Positions 38,501 through 43,400 of a DNA stretch of 64,000 nt are shown here, in pieces (the first letter of the stretch is position 1; each line of letters opens with the position of its first letter). The notes beneath the pieces are model-generated. The model was given only the letters and a program-made list of their open reading frames with translations, searched no databases and was not told the DNA's origin. A program made the position numbers and the translations under genes. The stretch is from a virus, in the IMG/VR virus record IMGVR_UViG_3300010157_000040, positions 44,698 through 108,697 of that record; one strand, written 5' to 3'.

Positions 38501-40395
38501 ATTCTTTAAAAACTAATAAAGATTATTTAAAGTTTAAATCAGATTTTAAATCTGCAGGTGTAGATGAAAGTAAATTAACTGATGTAGCATATGAAGCATA
38601 TCTAAATCAAAGAGCATTAATAAATGCATTTAATAGAGAAGCAATTATGGGTATGGAAGATTATTCATATACTGATATGGTTTTAAATATGGTAGAAGAA
38701 TTTTCTAACTTAAAACATAAGTATCCAATTGTTAATCAATTCACTAAACCTAAAGTTGTTACAAGAAATATACACGGTCAGGTACTTAAAGAAAATTATG
38801 TTTTAACATTAAATGATGTTAAAGAATTAAAAGATGGTCAACTTGCAGAAGTATATTACCAAAATATAAAAGATCTTGGAGATGAAACTGTAAAGAAAGT
38901 ATCTAATATAGAAGATAATAAAAGAATTAGTAAATTATTTAGTCTGTTGCCTATGATGATGATATATCAACATGGTTTAGGATATAGTAAATATGGATTT
39001 AATGAAGCATTACCATATAATGATTTTATAGGTGTAATGCAAACAGCAGCAGATATTTATGAAGATAAAATTCTTAATGAACAATCTTTATATTCTATTT
39101 ATAATTTACTAATGAATGAGAATAATGCAAACTTTAAAGATTATGTTGCACCAAGAGCTAAAGATTATAAAAATCCAGTTGCTAGTGAATTCTCAAATCC
39201 TGTAGTAACAACTGTTGAAGAATTAGATGATAGCATGAGAGCATTATTAATGAAAAATGCTGTTCCTGTAGTACAACCATCTACTAATGTTGAATATAAT
39301 TATAATCCATCAAATGTATCTGAGCAAACAAGAGATGATTATAAACAATATGTATTAAAACAACTTGGAAAACCTGAAATTAAAGCTAAAGCAAATGCAT
39401 TTGATTTTATATATCCAGATTTAACAATTACAATATCTAAAGATGGTTCTCTTAGTTACACAAATGTTAATCAAAAAATTGTAGATTTATCTAAAACAGA
39501 TTCTGGATATGATCTTAAATTTATGGTTGGTTTAAATAAATTAGCTGAAGAGTTTACTCAACCATCTGCTAGTGTTGAAACAGAAGTAGTAATTCCAGGT
39601 GTTGAAATTAAAAGAAATGTTATAACTAAAGAAGAACAACTTGAGTTATTTAATATTCTTAAACCTTATATTGAAAAACAAGGAGCCACAACCAATAAAG
39701 CTACTAGTGCAAATGTAATGATTGGATTAGGTTTAAGATGGGATTATAAATCAAATAATCCTAATTATAAAGCTATTGAAATAAAAAATATTATTGTACC
39801 TGGAAGTAGTGCTAAGTATGGTTATTATGAAGTATCTATTAATGGTCAACCATTAGGTCCTATTAATCCTAGAATTAAAACATTAATGTCTAAAGCTACT
39901 GGTATAGATGCTACTGATTATGATGGGGCTATAATAAATCTTTATACAGATAAAACTTTTATAAGTGCTCATAATGATGTAGATGAAGCTGCTGATGCTA
40001 TTGGATATCCTGTACTTGTTTTAAATATAGGTGGAAGTGGCAATTTTAGTGTACAACAAACTGGAAAATATGAACCTACTCCTCTTAATTCTGGAGACTC
40101 ATATATTTTTGGAATAAATGGAGAAAACAGAAAAGTAATGCATAGAACTTTTCCTTCTAAACAAGATGGATTTTTACCTGCAATAACTACAGCAATAGAT
40201 GGAGAAACTTATTCAAAAGGAAGTTATAGATTATCTATTACTTTAAGAAGAGTAAAAAATCTAAAACCAGGAATGCCTACAGTACCAGCTAAAGTTGTTA
40301 CTCAACCATCTACTAGTGAACCTACAGATATAGTTAAAACAATTAGTCCTAATGGTAAACCACCAATTGAAAGAACATCATCAGATTGTGAATAA
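29572..40395 (+). CDS. Virion-packaged RNA polymerase (crAss-like/phi14:2 gp66 type) with zincin domain and C-terminal AlkB-like domain
   Basis: Catalytic RIPVQG...GADFDVDKL (DxDxD near 36493) and DGQG motif; zincin HEAWH...EEIIAEEF (about 32080-32230); 2OG-Fe(II) motifs INLY, HND, H, RLSITLR (about 39590-40255). Confidence 0.88.
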   Translation: MKITCSLKQSQIEKLYANIYGHLLDSQNKGKTFDSKGYMINLFNKIATKGDVETAAKFLQQVPTLIGTASFRPSLEELGLPTDMLRPLIKSFKNEDAGLLNVVSYFNPTLNINVQQELIDQSEKNAFVVPENDSETVTKDLFDYLPYDSFSTTFQEFLTVDPDKAATNEQLDVNRKVIYATLKELKKTIGTTPNLGKLVYQNVTLKLVPQRLDTADTDELDKTTKRLQNRSEFLNRKGVAQPNVTKPNEIFLMIISNEIGEPVYFNDEGSITTKEEGGKQVYQFLRDARKKGDRYTVTDIYGKDNQILNAKELATLMDKNSKIKLSKEEFNNLVAELDKKQQEEFKQLYNFRQRLIKGEIPLINITDVSQGIKEYTNKEITLSNIRRYPFGTDHVFKTIQTIKTPRGQFKKGEATITIEGQEFKIDRPNLTDDLIKKIATVLTDKNLSKELRYRFYSQFLANKASLATRKHTLSYTPVTDELIFSYSKKTFQEGYDSKFTDVMLDSDTAYTEIYDALKLASGKNGNYFSAKMTYNKDLLNINGYQDYNLDTKELSEDFIPYIPLLETLPNTKVDASVTSNPRFFNSYMKFALPNEFTQQLEEAQNSSNDAEKDDFFETLSAPSDVENLMPSEKKKVIVDTLKSDKKIVGTITKPFGSDTKWKFITAKGTTIDFYSHTNNITDLDTVAQANLNLLPEVDFNGKVMTDVVEVRIGDKVIGYVRETDDFDKVNIVEPTKSQEEIDAEIEEKINPKNTSHPSEDSLFFTRSGDLTNNVTESEIKDAHTWWAKSDLTKHIGFKEAVNIVNSDAYARFMTYGARLNGTLGTIEIANKGSMVDVYHEAWHGFSQLYLTRKQKTSLYKEVRRKLGRNKKLSFFEIEEIIAEEFREYAKNPKPKPDSPVRNTIFRIILNFLREVFGKGSVTNVRDIKKVQELFDNLYLNKNLNKYTPTIDNVMFDLLYRNSGIVKPGTLTDQVLDRQDSNLIKDSMDSIISDLVDSDNGIKGNKSGTLAILLDSRNRDELYKLININLNKSLSHYKSTLEKLDDKDENKNTKEVLENRVRILQAAVDNYGNSKSGVIQYHIENSTFDLIKQKYTTLELDEEGNLFDPNNTDNTERYGDTKVGEKSLIQLAGKETLYILKSLHEVVDGKIKYNELGYKKLAPFRTTWNNTVRAISGLQDPQEMYDKLVEESKVSPEFKQLTENKLANPLNSKNPNEQKAITSFWQDFNKPRVPYIQFTIFKKTDENPKGSSEVTEASIETKTVINKFQNKFKADINSVYIKRIGKENIPTLDISEIVKDFSDANGNLDISKSYEFARAIGFYLDDIGIIKNTLKKDESTIQQFGLPYIFNAVKVLNRKDKLPVKSALVSKWISKFKTNPIKTLTEAIPVGVIGPDIFKQKNKVEALARLQGRYGVDSSNFGVFNAERNLVFEHIDNNSITKIVYALNNAEKLSDLWESDKFNYTKFLDPKINSFTNRSGILRSLFDMRDPKKSKLKDRDLELFMNSGTQVEQSAVGLNTTSLDVNSKMLQEMNTMLKGGVQEFMRHASKSSSFGARINGGIVGKPGKQGSDERLWVDIDMFAKNIAHDYAFTAHLLPYMESEAERIFKCNSNLDTFKNYVGYNRELSNGRIAGQEFTAFDNVLTDNTKELIYAAINKAIKNKELFNLGTFLKNNPTLLSTVKKETAFYFADQTRENLYKLTTSNYISPSLREKLNVFNITEDAQDKVLVDAYTYNAWIHNFETASLFYGDIVQYNHDKEEMHKRNTGATSGGRTFRTDISAQNFANGYLADTSYAKKHNATPISYNGTFNTAIIKDIERTSIYYPDFEKALREDYTKRFSKVLDKSKVAAAVEDRVAKEIKKYKDMEEGDGQGWITFDAYRLLKTNENSWSNAQEVLFQKINNNQPIEATEITEMFPVYKLQNFGHLANTDLLAPINAMHKFALMPLIPSMIEGTDLESLHQQMMSKNIQYLTFQTGSKVGSVTSNGKADQIYDANSDEKILKTDIKFTPNTIYVDYLKNVTAVPSKFKNKTVFSTQLRKLILSNLYENGKIINSDNTKAIKEYEAAVDHHSNLLKLELLNEIGYEHDVKNNKYYGNVDKFLDVVQAELEKRDLPEHLIQMVGLTRDKSLRTDLSLHLKADEIEKILVALVEKRLIKQKVKGEALVQVSSAMTNGIWDQKTKFKNATVADVKKFMGSNNLPFYHQDASGNTLAMKVAIALQGDFVNLLKLNHLDGQPIGTRARLNDMIKEDKWLDLNDNRKSVTLSAVRIPVQGLNSMEFMEVYEFLDPAAGNIIIPPSEIVAKSGADFDVDKLTTFMPHIDYKGNYVKGQLSNEELLKKVNKLNETPEGKKLATNLIKSQKSASENNLIATIRGILELKDNFASLIRPNDTYLLKEIADELQDHVTDYNRFGNVHNENRTGLKNQKVISPTRVLEAGYNLHKHEANMVGKRVLGIIAVENALHPIFNAIGAAMPKTYKESSYVGNKYIDGKIDYDTRILLPTNMTKDGRISLSGTETSDGMDNIGELFSQMLNGAVDVEKDAWIFFIQGNYELIPMLTFLFKAGVPKEQAIMFVSQPLVREYAKQQREVKSAYATLTGVVPEDYNPMFAKYTAAQNTLEGKNLNSVINKATALKVKDVLSLQGDTEIKFAENKVYKTKKASTILKEIKDGTIDPTKITYMVNNETGEKIFKPIGKHPVSNANFYYTAKAATENKKEFSLEELKQNVVDNDSTSPQAIAAFLHLLEIEKSSKGFSVLKMQANPDTKTSKTIQEIIKRNLSLEDIKELSKLEPGLVDKLQKSILGTFFDNKLIKDLVVPVFQLRNNDVVTSTILKLLDKNSNSIAEKFGKGQDGASQFITQFKNAIPNYIYQNYMSHFIDKAGNLTDTPTEFNELTVKNVAGTTNGAKVVGNNIYVDTERLRNEFENKLYTRESTLEGNYKESGLRGFKLQDDMFPNLSSYVRYVYEREYQRHLYPIDSLKTNKDYLKFKSDFKSAGVDESKLTDVAYEAYLNQRALINAFNREAIMGMEDYSYTDMVLNMVEEFSNLKHKYPIVNQFTKPKVVTRNIHGQVLKENYVLTLNDVKELKDGQLAEVYYQNIKDLGDETVKKVSNIEDNKRISKLFSLLPMMMIYQHGLGYSKYGFNEALPYNDFIGVMQTAADIYEDKILNEQSLYSIYNLLMNENNANFKDYVAPRAKDYKNPVASEFSNPVVTTVEELDDSMRALLMKNAVPVVQPSTNVEYNYNPSNVSEQTRDDYKQYVLKQLGKPEIKAKANAFDFIYPDLTITISKDGSLSYTNVNQKIVDLSKTDSGYDLKFMVGLNKLAEEFTQPSASVETEVVIPGVEIKRNVITKEEQLELFNILKPYIEKQGATTNKATSANVMIGLGLRWDYKSNNPNYKAIEIKNIIVPGSSAKYGYYEVSINGQPLGPINPRIKTLMSKATGIDATDYDGAIINLYTDKTFISAHNDVDEAADAIGYPVLVLNIGGSGNFSVQQTGKYEPTPLNSGDSYIFGINGENRKVMHRTFPSKQDGFLPAITTAIDGETYSKGSYRLSITLRRVKNLKPGMPTVPAKVVTQPSTSEPTDIVKTISPNGKPPIERTSSDCE
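39274..40318 (+). repeat. Three in-frame direct repeats CAACCATCT[AG]CTA[AG]TG, cores starting at 39274, 39559 and 40303
   Basis: GTACAACCATCTACTAATGTTGAA / ACTCAACCATCTGCTAGTGTTGAA / ACTCAACCATCTACTAGTGAA; spacings 285 and 744 bp, both multiples of 3. Confidence 0.85.
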
Positions 40396-40402
40396 AAATA
40401 AG

Positions 40403-40412
40403 TACATTTATA
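40403..40412 (+). promoter_or_regulatory. TACATTTATA putative late-promoter motif
   Basis: Same motif and the same 14-nt distance to the ATG as at 12407-12416. Confidence 0.4.
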
Positions 40413-40426
40413 ATATAATTTAAGTT

Positions 40427-43400
40427 ATGCCTTGTCCTATTAAAATAAAAGAATTTTTAACTAATCAAGTTTTTGAAAAAGGTCAAGCAGGTCTTTTTAT
40501 GAGAAAAGAACTTGCTGATAAATTAGCTGCAGATATTAATGCTGAGTATGATGCTAAAGTTATAAAATTTACTAAGTACTTTGATCACTTAGAAAGAGAA
40601 ATTACTATTCCTCAATCTTTAATTGATGAGTATTATGATGCAGAACTTCAAGAAGAAATTAAAGAAATGAAATCTGCAGAAAGAGAAGCAGAAGAACAAC
40701 AACTACAAGAAGATATAAGAGCAGGTAAAGTATTAGTAGAAAATCTTGATGTAGATACAGATAATAATGATTATAACTTTAATGAAAACTTTACTGAAGA
40801 CTATTACAAAACTAAAGTAATAGAAAATAGAGACTTACAAATTGCTCAAAAACTTGGTGAAAAATATGCTAAAGCATTTAATGTTTCATATTCTATAATT
40901 ACACCAGGAGAAGCAGCAATCTTATTAGAAGATAGTCCAACACCATTTACATCTGATGTATCTTCATTTTTTTATGATAATGCTATTTACTTTATAGAAG
41001 GTAAATTTACTGCAGCATCTGTATTACATGAATTTGCTCACCCATTAGTTAAAGGTATAGCATTTCAAAATCCAAAGTTATTTCAAAATTTGTTTTCACA
41101 GCTCACTAGTACTAATACTGGAATTGATGCATTAACAAAAGTAAAAGATAAGTATCCGGAACTTGATGAGGATTCAGATAGATTTAAAGAAGAAGCAATT
41201 GTTACAGCCATGGAAATGGATGCTGCAATGGAAATTGAAAATGTTAAAAATAATGACAGTGCATTTGCTAAGTTTATACAAAACTTAATTTTTGCAATTA
41301 AAAAAGTTATTAAAGCTTTAACAGGAAATATTAATCTTAAAAACTTATCTACATCAACTACCAGAGATGAGTTAGTTAATATGATGCTTAATGAAGATTT
41401 TCAAATAGAAGATTTAAAATATCAGTTATCATTATTTGCTGAATTTAAAAAAGATACGGAAGATTATATTAAAGAACTTAAAGATACTACACCTAAAAAA
41501 TTAGTTGAAGCAATTAATAAGTTTCATAATGAAATGACTTTCCAAATTGGTGTACTTAAAAATTCTCCTAAAAAACTTAGAGAAGAACTAAAAGGAAAAG
41601 AAGGATTAGATGTATTACGTAATATAAAAGATTATGTAAAAGGTTATAAAACTGCAGGAGAAGATTTAACTGAAGAAGAATTAGAAGAATTATTTAAAAA
41701 TTTAGGTGAAGAACAAGATGACTTAAGAGTACGTTCACTTGCATTTATAAATAGTTTAACTGAGTTAGAAGTTTTTGCAAGAAGAGTACAAACTTTACTA
41801 TCTGATATGAGAAAGTCAGATAAGTTTATGACTTATGATGGTAATGGTAAAATTCAATATTTTAAACAATTCATGGAGAGAGAAGTAAAATTCTTGAATG
41901 AAGTAAGAAGATCACTTGCATTAGATCCTTCTAATGAATTAGTTAAAAAAATATTAGCAATTAAAGCAGTTGTTGAAGATAATGTTGAAAATGCTAAAGA
42001 AATGACATTTGAATTTGTTAAAGGGTTTTTTATGGAAAACAGTATAACAATGCAAAAAAATGTTAAAGAAAAATTAGAAGAAACAATTGATAGAGTTTTA
42101 AAAGCTGAAAAATTTACCCAGGATGACATTGATGTATTTAAAGATGATTTATTTAATAAGTTAGATATAGATAATATTAAAGGAATAAAACAATCAGATT
42201 TTTTATTACCAAGTATTCCTAAAGGAGCAAAATATATTTTATCAGAAATTGGTAATTATAATTCAAACAAAATTACTGAAGAAACAGTAGATAATTATTT
42301 AAGAGGTCATGTAAGAGATTTAGGTATGATGGGATCACTTGCAACTCCTATGGGTAATGTTAATGATATGTTTGGATCTTTTGTAAATTTTATGAAATCT
42401 AAATTATCAAATGCTGAAGTTAAAAGTTTAGATAAACAATATAAGATAGCTGAAGAATTACAACCTTATTTAAATGCTGTTGGAATAAATCATAATGATA
42501 CTAAAGCTATTGCAGATTTAGTATTATTTATTGATACTGTACCAGATACAGATGAACATGGAAATTTTATTGAAAAACAAATCTATGCATATCTTGATAA
42601 ATTTCAAAACTGGAGAGCAGATAGAGGTAAGTTAGAATTTGATTTAGAAAAAGCTAGAACTTTAGGAAAGAAAGATGAAATAAAAGCAGCTATGCAAGCT
42701 CGGTGGGAGTTTGATGAAAAATACATGCAACGGAAGTATGTAGATGCTGTTTATGATGTTAAAAAGATGTGGAGACAAGATAATGTTTTATTAAATCCTG
42801 CAACAGGAAAAGAAATAAAAATATCTGCAAGTACTTCTATTGAAGCATATATGGAAAGACAATCTGCATTAGATGATTTGGCAACATTTAATAGTTCAAA
42901 CTTTACTGAATTAGATGATCTTAATGAATTTACTCCTTCAAAAGCTGCTAAAATTAAATATGATGAATTGTTTAACATGTTTAATTTAAACGGTGAATAT
43001 AAACAAGGTAAAGAATTAGAAAAAGTATTAATAAGAAGAGCATACAGAGAACAGTCTAGAAAATTTAATGAGAGCACTACTAATATTGATAAAGTACAAA
43101 AAGATTTAGATCATTTTGTTAATGTAACTTTAGCTGGTATGGGTATAACTAAAGATTCTGATTCTGCAAAATATGAATCTGAGATTGCTAAGTTTACTAG
43201 TAAAAACTTTAAGATAGCATATACTAATGAATACTTTCAAGAAAGAAATGCAACATTAGATGCTATTAAAAAAATAAATGAAAAAACAAAAGGGTCAGAT
43301 ATTTCTAAACAGTTAGCTAATTTATATGAACAAAGATATAATTTAGTAAATAGAGTAACTGATAAAGATGGAGAACCTAATGGTTTAATGTTAGGTCAAG

